Of a stretch of DNA of 64,000 nt, positions 50,117-59,231 are shown in pieces. The first letter of the stretch is position 1; every line of letters begins with the position of its first letter. Source of the stretch: an uncultured SAR86 cluster bacterium. GTDB lineage: Bacteria > Pseudomonadota > Gammaproteobacteria > Magnimaribacterales > D2472. A model generated the notes under the pieces. That model was given only the letters and a program-made list of their open reading frames with translations, had not been told where the DNA came from and did no database searches. The DNA is taken from positions 196,398-260,397 of the forward strand of contig CACNRI010000002.1 in assembly GCA_902622845.1 (NCBI GenBank). Direction: 5' to 3'. The translations under genes and the position numbers were made by a program.

Positions 50117-50902
50117 ATGAATAAAAATATTTTTTACTTAACAGCTTTACTTTTTATTTTTGGTTGTTCAAACCAAGATTCTGAACCTGAGGCGATGGAA
50201 ACCGCAGGTGCTCAAAGCCTTTTGCTTGAGTATATGTGGTGCGACTTTGGTCCCAATACATCTGGGGAAAGTTTAGATAAGCTGGTTGCAGATTTTAATG
50301 AGGTAACCAAAAATTCAGATCATCCAGTTGAGAGTGCTTGGGGATATTTTCCAACATTTGAAACAGATGCATATGATGCTATTTGGTTGAATGTGTGGTC
50401 TGATGAAGATCAAAGAAATGCTGGCTGGAAAGATTGGGCTGCAGACAGCCAAGAAGATTTTGAAGCGAAGCACAACGATACTCTTAACTGTCGAGAAGAT
50501 AGAATTTTTCAATTTACAGGTACTGCAGGAATGACACCAAGAGTTGAGTGGACTGCTGAGCCACCATTTAATGCCGATTTTTATTTCTGTACTTTCAAAG
50601 GTGAAAACGGAATGGATGAACTTATGCCTATAATGGCGGATTATGATGCATGGGTTGAAGGAACAGAAGAGGATAGCATGTGGTATGTATGGCATGACCC
50701 ACTATTTGACACTTCAAATGCTAGTGGCTCTGTTCAAGATGGCTATGACTATGCAATCGGCTTTTACTGGCAAAATGCTGCTGAAAGAGAGGCTAGTTAT
50801 AGTAATTATGATGAGACAGATTTCGGATCTAGATTTGATGAAATTGAATCATGTGAAACACTAGAATTCGAGGGGTATCCTATAGTTCAACCATCTTCTT
50901 AA
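50117..50902 (+). CDS. Uncharacterised acidic lipoprotein with two internal repeats
   Basis: AAGGAGG SD, lipobox IFGC (Cys17), tandem ~100-aa repeats, followed by a terminator. Start moved from 50081. Confidence 0.8.
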   Translation: MNKNIFYLTALLFIFGCSNQDSEPEAMETAGAQSLLLEYMWCDFGPNTSGESLDKLVADFNEVTKNSDHPVESAWGYFPTFETDAYDAIWLNVWSDEDQRNAGWKDWAADSQEDFEAKHNDTLNCREDRIFQFTGTAGMTPRVEWTAEPPFNADFYFCTFKGENGMDELMPIMADYDAWVEGTEEDSMWYVWHDPLFDTSNASGSVQDGYDYAIGFYWQNAAEREASYSNYDETDFGSRFDEIESCETLEFEGYPIVQPSS

Positions 50903-50916
50903 AATTAGCTATTTTT

Positions 50917-50941
50917 AAAAAGGGAGCTTGCTCCCTTTTTT
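50917..50941 (+). terminator. Intrinsic terminator after the repeat lipoprotein
   Basis: AAAAAGGGAG-cttg-CTCCCTTTTT(T). Confidence 0.85.
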
Positions 50942-50959
50942 AATTTATAATTAACTTTA

Positions 50960-51733
50960 ATGTCTAAACTGTTTGATCTTTGTAATAAGAATGTTTTGCT
51001 AACTGGAGCGTCCAAAGGGATGGGGCTGGCCATGGCTCAAGGTTTAGTGAATCATGGAGCTAATGTTGTTGTATCAAGTAGAAAACTTGATCAATGTGAA
51101 AAAGCTGTAGAGATAATTAATGAATCTATTGGAAAAGAAAAAGCATTTGCATTTTCTTGTAATGCATCAAGCAAAGATGAATTGAATGCACTTGTAGACT
51201 TTTCATTATCCAAGCTTGGATCAATTACGACTTTAGTTTGTAATGCTGGTGTAAATTCATTTTTTGGTTCCATGTCTGAAATAGATGATGAGTCATATGA
51301 TAAGACCATGGATACTAATGTTAAGTCTAATCATTGGTTAATAAATATGGTCACACCTTCAATGAAAGAATCAGGAGGTGGGTCAATTATGATTACTTCT
51401 AGCATTGCAGCATTCCATGCCTCTGAAACTTTGGGTGCATATAGCATTTCAAAGCTTGCTGTGTTGGGTTTAGTGAGAAACTATGCCTCTGAATTAGGTC
51501 CTTCAAATATTAGAGTAAATGCAATTTGCCCAGGACTTGTCAAAACAGATTTTTCAAAACTCTTATGGGAAAATCCAGATGCTGAAAAAGCTTCAAGCCA
51601 GAAGATGCCGCTCAGAAGGCTTGGTGAAGCTGATGATTTTAAAGGAGTTGCAGTTTTTCTTGCTTCTGATGAAAGCTCTTTTATGACTGGTCAGGCATTA
51701 ACTATCTGTGGCGGCGCAAGCATGTGGTCGTGA
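50960..51733 (+). CDS. Short-chain dehydrogenase/reductase (DHRS4-like)
   Basis: TGASKGMG, CNAG, YSISK, NAICPGLVKTDFS, PLRRLGE.DD. Confidence 0.9.
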   Translation: MSKLFDLCNKNVLLTGASKGMGLAMAQGLVNHGANVVVSSRKLDQCEKAVEIINESIGKEKAFAFSCNASSKDELNALVDFSLSKLGSITTLVCNAGVNSFFGSMSEIDDESYDKTMDTNVKSNHWLINMVTPSMKESGGGSIMITSSIAAFHASETLGAYSISKLAVLGLVRNYASELGPSNIRVNAICPGLVKTDFSKLLWENPDAEKASSQKMPLRRLGEADDFKGVAVFLASDESSFMTGQALTICGGASMWS

Positions 51734-51744
51734 AAAAGAGGCGC

Positions 51745-52332
51745 TTAATCTAAAAGTTTTGTGGCTTCGTTAAAATGTTTTCTGCATAAAACTCTGTATA
51801 CATCATTACCACCAATTTGAACTTTTGATCCCTTAGTTACAACCTTCCCACTCTCATCAAGCCTAACAACCATAGTTGCTTTCTTACTGCACTCATTACA
51901 GACTGTTTTAAGCTCAATGAGATTATCTGCTAATGCTAAAAGAGACCCACTTCCTTCAAATAGCTCTCCTCTAAAATCTGTTCTTATGCCATAACACATT
52001 ACAGGAATCCCTAATTCATCGCAGACTTTACACATTTGAAGTACATGATGTTTTTTTAGAAATTGAGCTTCATCAACAAGAATTGCATCGATATTTCTTT
52101 TTGCATTTTCTTCTTCGACGTATTCAAAGATTTTAAATTTTGAATCAATTACAACGGCAGAGGCGCTAAGTCCAATTCTTGATTTTATTAGTCCAGAATT
52201 CTTATCAGCATCTTCTCTTGGAATAAATAAAATTGTTTCATTGCCTGTTTCATGATAATTATGGGCCGATTGAAGTAATGCCGTAGATTTACCAGCATTC
52301 ATAGTTGAGTAAAAAAAGTGAACCTTAGCCAT
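51745..52332 (-). CDS. tdk: Thymidine kinase
   Basis: YSTMNAGKST, VDEAQFL, YGIRTDF, GS.SLLA.AD, CNEC and CRKH Zn ligands, IGG. Confidence 0.96.
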   Translation of the reverse strand: MAKVHFFYSTMNAGKSTALLQSAHNYHETGNETILFIPREDADKNSGLIKSRIGLSASAVVIDSKFKIFEYVEEENAKRNIDAILVDEAQFLKKHHVLQMCKVCDELGIPVMCYGIRTDFRGELFEGSGSLLALADNLIELKTVCNECSKKATMVVRLDESGKVVTKGSKVQIGGNDVYRVLCRKHFNEATKLLD

Positions 52333-52338
52333 AAGGAA

Positions 52339-52346
52339 ATTATAAT
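52339..52346. promoter_or_regulatory. Palindromic bidirectional -10 element ATTATAAT
   Basis: Gives TATAAT on both strands, each exactly 6 nt from the ATG of tdk (52332) and of the Smr-like gene (52353). Confidence 0.7.
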
Positions 52347-52352
52347 GGTTTT

Positions 52353-52586
52353 ATGAAAACTTTTGTTGAGAATGGAATTACTCATTTGGATCTTCATGGA
52401 GTAAGACATCACGAGGTGCATGAACTTGTACTTGATTTTGTTTTAAGGAATCAAGAATTAATTCCTTTAGTTATAATATGTGGCAACAGTGTTAAGATGA
52501 TTTCTATTACCAAATCCTGCCTAGATATAAACAAAATAAAATATCAAGATATTAGGTTCGGATTAATCAGAGTTGAGAAAATTTAA
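52353..52586 (+). CDS. Minimal stand-alone Smr-domain-like protein
   Basis: LDLHG and IICGNS resemble the Smr LDLHG and IITGxG motifs; 77 aa. Confidence 0.6.
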   Translation: MKTFVENGITHLDLHGVRHHEVHELVLDFVLRNQELIPLVIICGNSVKMISITKSCLDINKIKYQDIRFGLIRVEKI

Positions 52587-52600
52587 TTTATAATACTTGC

Positions 52601-53764
52601 ATGAGTAAACTTCCAGACTTACTTCTCTTTGATCAGCAATTAACAGAAGAGGAGCTCGCTATTCAAAAAACTGTAAGAGATTATTGTGATAAATCTCTCA
52701 TGCCAAGAATCCAAAAAGCTAATAGAGAAGAACTTTTTGATAAAGAAATTTATAAAGAGCTTGCAGCTTTAGGTTTACTCGGTCCTCACATAAAAGGGTA
52801 TGGCTGTGCTGGGGTAAGTAATGTTGCTTATGGATTGATTGCTAGAGAAATTGAGAGAGTTGATTCAAGTTACAGATCTGCTTTTAGTGTTCAGTCATCG
52901 TTGGCAATGTATGCAATTTATAAGTTTGGCTCTGAAGAGCAGAAAGAGCACTATCTACCTGAAATGGCTAAAGGCAATATCATAGGTTGCTTTGGCCTGA
53001 CCGAACCAGATGCTGGCTCCGATCCTGCTGGCATGAAATCAGTTGCAAAAAAAGTAGATGGTGGATTTGAATTAACGGGGTCTAAGACTTGGATAACAAA
53101 TTCACCAATCGCTGATCTATTTATTATTTGGGCTAAAGATGAGCAGGGCGTCTTGAGGGGATTTATCTTAGAGAGAGAGGAGGCTAAGGGATTAGAGACT
53201 CCTTACTTGGATGGTAAATTTGCATTACGCGCATCAGCAACTGGAATGATATTTATGGATCAAGTATTTGTTTCTGAAGATAAAGTGCTTCCAGATGTAC
53301 AAAGTTTTAAGGGCCCATTTACATGTCTAAATTCTGCAAGATATGGAATTGCTTGGGGTGTAATGGGAGCTGCAGAATTTTGTTGGGAGAAATCACTTGA
53401 ATATACTCTCGACAGAAATCAATTCAATGCCCCTCTAGCATCAAAACAACTTGTGCAAAAGAAATTGGCTGATATGCAAACTGAGATTTCATTGGGAATG
53501 CAGGCTGCCCTCAGAGTTGGAAGATTGATAGATGAAAATAATTTTGTTCCAGAGATGATTTCGTTAATCAAGAGAAATAATTGTCAAAAGGCTTTGGAAA
53601 TTGCTAGATCAGCTAGAGATATTCATGGTGGTAATGGAATCAGCGACGAATACCATGTGGTAAGACATTCAATGAATTTGGAGGCTGTTAACACTTATGA
53701 GGGCACAAGTGATATTCATGCCCTCATCCTTGGTCAAAAACAAACTAATATTTCAAGTTTTTAA
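52601..53764 (+). CDS. gcdH: Glutaryl-CoA dehydrogenase
   Basis: [78 protein letters not shown]. Confidence 0.92.
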   Translation: MSKLPDLLLFDQQLTEEELAIQKTVRDYCDKSLMPRIQKANREELFDKEIYKELAALGLLGPHIKGYGCAGVSNVAYGLIAREIERVDSSYRSAFSVQSSLAMYAIYKFGSEEQKEHYLPEMAKGNIIGCFGLTEPDAGSDPAGMKSVAKKVDGGFELTGSKTWITNSPIADLFIIWAKDEQGVLRGFILEREEAKGLETPYLDGKFALRASATGMIFMDQVFVSEDKVLPDVQSFKGPFTCLNSARYGIAWGVMGAAEFCWEKSLEYTLDRNQFNAPLASKQLVQKKLADMQTEISLGMQAALRVGRLIDENNFVPEMISLIKRNNCQKALEIARSARDIHGGNGISDEYHVVRHSMNLEAVNTYEGTSDIHALILGQKQTNISSF

Positions 53765-55851
53765 TTTAGGTGCTTTGTTAAAAATTCCTCGTAGTCTTGG
53801 AAGAGTTCCAATCTAGCAGTTTCTCTTCTAAAGCCATGACCTTCTTCGCCTTTAATAATGTACTTGTAGTCTTTATTATATTTTTTAAGCTCATTGACCA
53901 TATCAACCGTCTCTTGGAATCGCACTTGAGTATCTCTTCTTCCGGTAATGATTAAAATAGGATCTTCAACATTTTCAGCAAAAAATAATGGACTGTTTTC
54001 ATACAGATTTTTATAGTCATCTGGGTCTCTAGGATCGCCTTTTTCAATGTATTCCATTGGCATACCTAACTCACTCCATTGAAGACCTCTTAAATCCATG
54101 CTTGTAAGATCATAGACGCCTACATATGCAATGATGCATTTAAACAGCTCTGGATTTTTAGTAGCCGCTTGCATTGCTGCATATCCTCCATATGATGCTC
54201 CAGAAATACAAACATTATCCATATCAACATAACCCTGATCATTTGCCCACATTAATGCATCATATTTATCTTCTTGCATTTTTTTACCCATTTGATGATT
54301 TGCAAGAATCATTTCTTTTCTTCCATACCCTGTAGAGCCTCTATAGTCCATCTGAATTACTCCATAACCTCTGGTTGCATAAAATTGAACTTCAGGATTA
54401 TATCCCCAATAATCTCTTGCATTGGGCCCACCATGGGGATGAATAATAAATGGAATCTTTTCACCATCTTTATAATTAGGCGGCAAAGTTATGTATCCGT
54501 GTAACTTAATTCCGTCTCTACTTGTGTAAGTAAATGGTTCAATATCGGCTAACTGATAGTTTTTAATCCAAGGAGCAGATTCTGATACTTTTGACACTTT
54601 TCCTTTAGATAAATCAAAAAGATATGAGGCTCCAGGATCTTTATCACTAGATACAGTAAACAAGAATCTTGTGAGGTCATCTGACCAATCCCTAATTCTA
54701 ACTTCATGATCTGGGAAGATAGCTTCAAGAGATTTATCTACGGAAGCAAAATATTCATCAAAGTATACTTTTTCGGTTTTTGCACCTTCATAAGAAAATC
54801 CATAAAGCTCATAACCACCAGAAGAAAACCACATATTCATTGAATACATGCCATGCATTGGACTAGAGAGGTCATAGTCAGGATCGTGATATATCATTTC
54901 CTGATACTCACCTGTTTCAGAATTAATTGACCATAATGCATTTGTATCAGTCTCATTAATAATTTGTCCATTTGGTAGGACTGCTTGACCAACTCCTAAA
55001 ATAGACTTGTTATCAATATCAAAACTCTGAGGGAAGAAGCATGCAGCTTGATGCATACATGAAAGAACTTTTTCATATCCTCCGTTATCTGTAAATTTAT
55101 AAAATGTTGTTTCAATTCCTTTATTAGGACCTTCCTCCATAAACGTTTCAAATCCATAAGGTACACCTTCCCAATCAAGCATCCAGCCAGACACTAATTC
55201 ACCAGGAACGGAAGGCTCTCTTGCTACTAGCTCTGTTCTTTTAGTTTTAAGATCTAGCCAGTATAAGTCTCTAGATCTACTTCCTGTGTTAAAAAGGCTT
55301 ATCATTACTTTTCCAGGAACTCTTGGATACACGCCATAAAGGCTTGGTACTTGATATCCTGGCTTATTTCTAAAAGCCTTTGCTTTTATAAGTAATGTTG
55401 TATTTTTCCCATCTCTATCAACTGTATATAAACTTGCAGAATCAATACCAGCTCTTGAGTCTCTTGATACAAGTAATCTTTCGTCATTCAACCATCTAAA
55501 GCTTGTAACAGCAGATCCTGCTGTTGTTCCCGAAATAATTTTTGGTTCCATAGTTTCAAGGTTAGTAACCACCAAGACTCTGTCTGTTGCCATCATTTCT
55601 TGATCGGTTTCATCTTTAATATCACAAACATTGTCGTCAACAGGAACCATTGCTGCTAAAAATTCACCGGAAGGTGATAGTTGTTGTTGAGTACCTTGGC
55701 CATAGCAAACAAGTTTATCAAGGGGTATCGGGACATATTCATCGGTTTGCGAAGTGAATGAAAATGCCAGTAAAAAGGATAAAAATAGTGCTTTTAAAGA
55801 ATTATAAGCATTATTATTAATAGAATTAATTACATTTATTAGTGTAAGCAT
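53761..55851 (-). CDS. S9 (prolyl oligopeptidase family) peptidase, secreted
   Basis: HPHGGP, GSTGYG, GASYGG (catalytic Ser), GRRD and EGHGF (Asp/His); signal peptide; AAGGAG SD. Confidence 0.92.
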   Translation of the reverse strand: MLTLINVINSINNNAYNSLKALFLSFLLAFSFTSQTDEYVPIPLDKLVCYGQGTQQQLSPSGEFLAAMVPVDDNVCDIKDETDQEMMATDRVLVVTNLETMEPKIISGTTAGSAVTSFRWLNDERLLVSRDSRAGIDSASLYTVDRDGKNTTLLIKAKAFRNKPGYQVPSLYGVYPRVPGKVMISLFNTGSRSRDLYWLDLKTKRTELVAREPSVPGELVSGWMLDWEGVPYGFETFMEEGPNKGIETTFYKFTDNGGYEKVLSCMHQAACFFPQSFDIDNKSILGVGQAVLPNGQIINETDTNALWSINSETGEYQEMIYHDPDYDLSSPMHGMYSMNMWFSSGGYELYGFSYEGAKTEKVYFDEYFASVDKSLEAIFPDHEVRIRDWSDDLTRFLFTVSSDKDPGASYLFDLSKGKVSKVSESAPWIKNYQLADIEPFTYTSRDGIKLHGYITLPPNYKDGEKIPFIIHPHGGPNARDYWGYNPEVQFYATRGYGVIQMDYRGSTGYGRKEMILANHQMGKKMQEDKYDALMWANDQGYVDMDNVCISGASYGGYAAMQAATKNPELFKCIIAYVGVYDLTSMDLRGLQWSELGMPMEYIEKGDPRDPDDYKNLYENSPLFFAENVEDPILIITGRRDTQVRFQETVDMVNELKKYNKDYKYIIKGEEGHGFRRETARLELFQDYEEFLTKHLN

Positions 55852-55885
55852 TTTTTAAATTTCTCCTTGAGAATTAATAAGATTG

Positions 55886-55904
55886 TGTCAAGTCTACTTT
55901 ACAT
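55886..55904. promoter_or_regulatory. Second copy of the XRE-type operator (TGTCAAGTCTACTTTACAT)
   Basis: 17/19 identical to 6354-6372; lies in the divergent gap between the S9 peptidase and TBDR3. Confidence 0.6.
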
Positions 55905-55984
55905 AAAGTAAAAAATAAAGACGTTGAGTATAAAATACCTTAAAAACAGTATTTTTGAAACAAAAATTATATTTGCGAAAAATG

Positions 55985-56013
55985 TTTACATTAATGTCAC
56001 AAATATGTATATT
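55985..56013 (+). promoter_or_regulatory. Sigma70 promoter of TBDR3
   Basis: TTTACA, 17 nt, TATATT. Confidence 0.6.
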
Positions 56014-56070
56014 CATTGAATCGGAACATGTTTCCGTGTTAATTTTATGCATATATATGGGGAAAATATT

Positions 56071-59000
56071 ATGAAAAATTTAAGTTTTTTAACTTTGTTT
56101 GCTTTCCTAAGTGTCAGCTTTGTAGTAGCTGATGAGCCTGTAGATGAAGATGTTGAAGTTGTTGCTGAGGCAACAATGACAGAGTCTGAAGATGCTGCAG
56201 AGGATGAAGACGCTCAAGACCTAGGAAGAGTAAGCGTAACTGGTTCTAGAATTAAAAGAGTTGATATAGAAGGTGCAACACCTCTAATCACTATAACTAG
56301 AGCTGATATTGATAACGCAGGTTTCCAAACTGTTTATGACGCAGTAAGCAACCTTACCCAAAACACAGGTAGTGTTAATGGTGAAAATTTCCAGGCTGGT
56401 TTTAATGCTTCATTGCAACCAATCAACCTTAGAGATTTTGGTCCAGGTAGAACACTAGTTCTTGTTAATGGTAAGAGAACTGCAGACTATCCGTTTCCAT
56501 ATAATGGTGAATCAGCTTCTTTTAACTGGGGTGCAATTCCACTTGCAGCTGTTGAAAGAATTGAAGTCTTAACTTCAGGTGCTTCATCTATTTATGGTTC
56601 AGATGCTGTTGCAGGTGTTGTTAACGTTATATTAGTTGATGGATTAGAAAAACAAACTGCAAGAGTTGTAGCTGGAGCTGGTGTAAACCAGGGTTCAGGT
56701 GGTGAAACACTTAACCTAGAGTTTGCAGGTGGCGGCTTCGGTGAAAGGTACTCCTATACATATGCGCTTGAATATTACGACGAGCAACAAGTACCAATCA
56801 GCTCAAGAAGTGAACATGATTCATACCTAGATGCTAATGATGGTGGTTTACCATCAAGAGGTTTATTAATGAGAGATACTTACTCTTTCTTTAATCCTTC
56901 TCTTCCTGGGTTTGGTTTCAACCACTATACACCAGATCAACTTATCAGAGGTATTGATGCAGTTGAGAATCCTGGATTAGGAACTACAGCAACAGCTGGC
57001 CTTGATTGTTCTAACGCTGGTAATTACTTTAGACCAACAGAAGAGCAGATTGGTAACTATGTTTGGTTCGCTAATGGTGACTGGTGTGCTATTGATACCA
57101 GTGCAAACGGATCACTTACAAACGAAAGAACAAGAACTGCAGCATATGTCTCAGGTACATATGAATTAACTGATTCAGTTGAAGCTTATGCGAAAGTAGT
57201 TCTTCTTGAAACAGATACAATCGGTGTTCTTGATAACCTATTTACTCCTTTTGAGTGGGTTTCAGGACCACAACCTTACGGTTCAGTTGACAGTGTATGG
57301 ATTAGAAACGTTGATAATGACGGTTTCTATACTCCTGGTTACTCTGCAATGATGGATGTTAGATTCCAAAAGATTTTCCCTGGTGTATACAGAGGTTCTT
57401 CATATGAAGAAGAAACACAAACTGTAGACTTTGGACTAAGAGGTGTTTTAAACAATGGTTTTGAGTGGGATATGTCCTACACTGAAAACACTTATGATGT
57501 TGTCCAAACGGGAAGAAACTTCCTAAGAGAAGCACTTTTCGATAAGATCCATAATATTGGTGGAGTTGATGGTTTCGGTAACCCTTGTGTTAGAGACCAA
57601 GCAGTTCTTCTTGATGGCGATCCATCCAATGGTGAAGTTGTTGACTGGTATGGTATCTATGGTTACGGTGCTGCTTACAACCAAGCAAACTGTTATGACT
57701 GGGATTGGTATCTATCAGAACAAACTGTTGATGAAGTTGAAGCTCTAAGAGTTGATAATGTTGAACCTGCTGATGCATTCAGTGAGTTCTTTGTTGCATC
57801 AATCACTGGTGACATCATGCAATTACCGTATGGTCCACTTGCATTTGCTGCTGTTGTTGAGCAACAAACAAAAGGATACGAAGTTAACCTAAGTCAATTA
57901 AATAAAGATGGCCTACTTTGGGGTATCGGTGGTGTTGACGGCGGCGGTGAAAGAGATAGAACTGCTCTTGGTATAGAATTAAATATACCTGCTACTGAAA
58001 ATCTTCTTTTAAGTGTTTCCACAAGATGGGATGAGTACGATGATGCTGTTGTTAATGTAGACAGACAAACAGCTGGTGCAACACTAGAGTGGAGACCTAG
58101 AGATAACATGCTCGTTAGAGCATCATGGTCAGAGTCATTTAAAGCTCCTGATTTACCTTATTCTTTCGTAGGCGAAAGAAGATTCTTTACACAGCAAACT
58201 GACTACTGGTCATGTTATGTTGATGGTCAATTTGGTGAAAACGGTATTGGCTGTGGCGGAGGCTACGGAATTATTAATATTGATGGTATTACAACTGGTA
58301 ACCTTGGTCTAAAAGAAGAAGAAGGTGACTCATATGCTGTTGGTATTGTTTGGGAGCCAATGGATAGAATGGTTGTAACAGTTGATGCGTTCCACATTCA
58401 ACTTGGCGACATCGTTGCTACTAAATCATTATCTCAAATGGTTCTTGATGAAGCAGTATGTAGAGCTAGAGAAGCTGGTGCGGTACTTGACTCATTTGTT
58501 GATTACCCTGCTTCATACTGTACACAGGTAAAAAATAATATTATTAGAGGTGGTAAGGACTTTAGTGCACCTGAAGGAAGTATTACAGCTATTTATGAAA
58601 CTCCAGTAAACATTGCTGGACAAGAATTCCTAGGTATTGATACATCTGTAGCATATGCTTGGGTTACTGATAAAGCTGGTGACTTCTCTGTAAGTGTATT
58701 TAGCTCACATCAAATTGATCTTAAGTATGCTGAAGATGTTGGTGATCCACTACTTTCTTACATGAACAATTCATATACACCTAGATCCAGACAATCTGCA
58801 AGATTTGGATGGAATAGAGGTGATTGGGGAGCTGGTGTATCAGTTCTTAGAGTTGGTCATATGGAAGCTTTAGATGGAAATAAACTAAGCCCATACTTTA
58901 ATACTAACTTTACAGTTAACTATGACGTTACACAGGATTCATTCCTTGCATTTACAGTTACAAACGTGTTTGATGCAATTCCGGATTCAGATGACGCATA

Positions 59001-59097
59001 TGATACTGGAAGTAGTTTCTATCCATATGGATTTAACTCATTCAGGTATCCAAGATTCGGCCCAGAGGCTTACCTTGTTTATCAAATGAGATTCTAA
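56071..59097 (+). CDS. TonB-dependent receptor (TBDR3)
   Basis: Signal peptide, acidic extension, RVSVTGSRI, NLRDFGPGRTLVLVNGKR, ERIEVL..GASSIYGSDAVAGVVN, terminal Phe; GGGG SD. Start moved from 56047. Confidence 0.93.
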   Translation: MKNLSFLTLFAFLSVSFVVADEPVDEDVEVVAEATMTESEDAAEDEDAQDLGRVSVTGSRIKRVDIEGATPLITITRADIDNAGFQTVYDAVSNLTQNTGSVNGENFQAGFNASLQPINLRDFGPGRTLVLVNGKRTADYPFPYNGESASFNWGAIPLAAVERIEVLTSGASSIYGSDAVAGVVNVILVDGLEKQTARVVAGAGVNQGSGGETLNLEFAGGGFGERYSYTYALEYYDEQQVPISSRSEHDSYLDANDGGLPSRGLLMRDTYSFFNPSLPGFGFNHYTPDQLIRGIDAVENPGLGTTATAGLDCSNAGNYFRPTEEQIGNYVWFANGDWCAIDTSANGSLTNERTRTAAYVSGTYELTDSVEAYAKVVLLETDTIGVLDNLFTPFEWVSGPQPYGSVDSVWIRNVDNDGFYTPGYSAMMDVRFQKIFPGVYRGSSYEEETQTVDFGLRGVLNNGFEWDMSYTENTYDVVQTGRNFLREALFDKIHNIGGVDGFGNPCVRDQAVLLDGDPSNGEVVDWYGIYGYGAAYNQANCYDWDWYLSEQTVDEVEALRVDNVEPADAFSEFFVASITGDIMQLPYGPLAFAAVVEQQTKGYEVNLSQLNKDGLLWGIGGVDGGGERDRTALGIELNIPATENLLLSVSTRWDEYDDAVVNVDRQTAGATLEWRPRDNMLVRASWSESFKAPDLPYSFVGERRFFTQQTDYWSCYVDGQFGENGIGCGGGYGIINIDGITTGNLGLKEEEGDSYAVGIVWEPMDRMVVTVDAFHIQLGDIVATKSLSQMVLDEAVCRAREAGAVLDSFVDYPASYCTQVKNNIIRGGKDFSAPEGSITAIYETPVNIAGQEFLGIDTSVAYAWVTDKAGDFSVSVFSSHQIDLKYAEDVGDPLLSYMNNSYTPRSRQSARFGWNRGDWGAGVSVLRVGHMEALDGNKLSPYFNTNFTVNYDVTQDSFLAFTVTNVFDAIPDSDDAYDTGSSFYPYGFNSFRYPRFGPEAYLVYQMRF

Positions 59098-59111
59098 AAT
59101 ATGAATTAAAG

Positions 59112-59140
59112 AAAAAGGAGGCATTAGCCTCCTTTTTTTT
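59112..59140 (+). terminator. Intrinsic terminator of TBDR3
   Basis: AAAAAGGAGGC-atta-GCCTCCTTTTTTTT. Confidence 0.9.
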
Positions 59141-59231
59141 GTCAAAAAATAAAACATTTTTTGGACTACAAATATCAAGAAAAATATACTGTTTTAGAGT
59201 ATAATTTGTGGTCACTTAAAGGGACATTACT

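Noticed and set aside
55852-56070. Cobalamin or TPP riboswitch upstream of the TBDRs (also 40724-40875 and 43136-43245)
   Set aside because: The leaders are short and AT-rich and lack the conserved B12-box or TPP core sequences.
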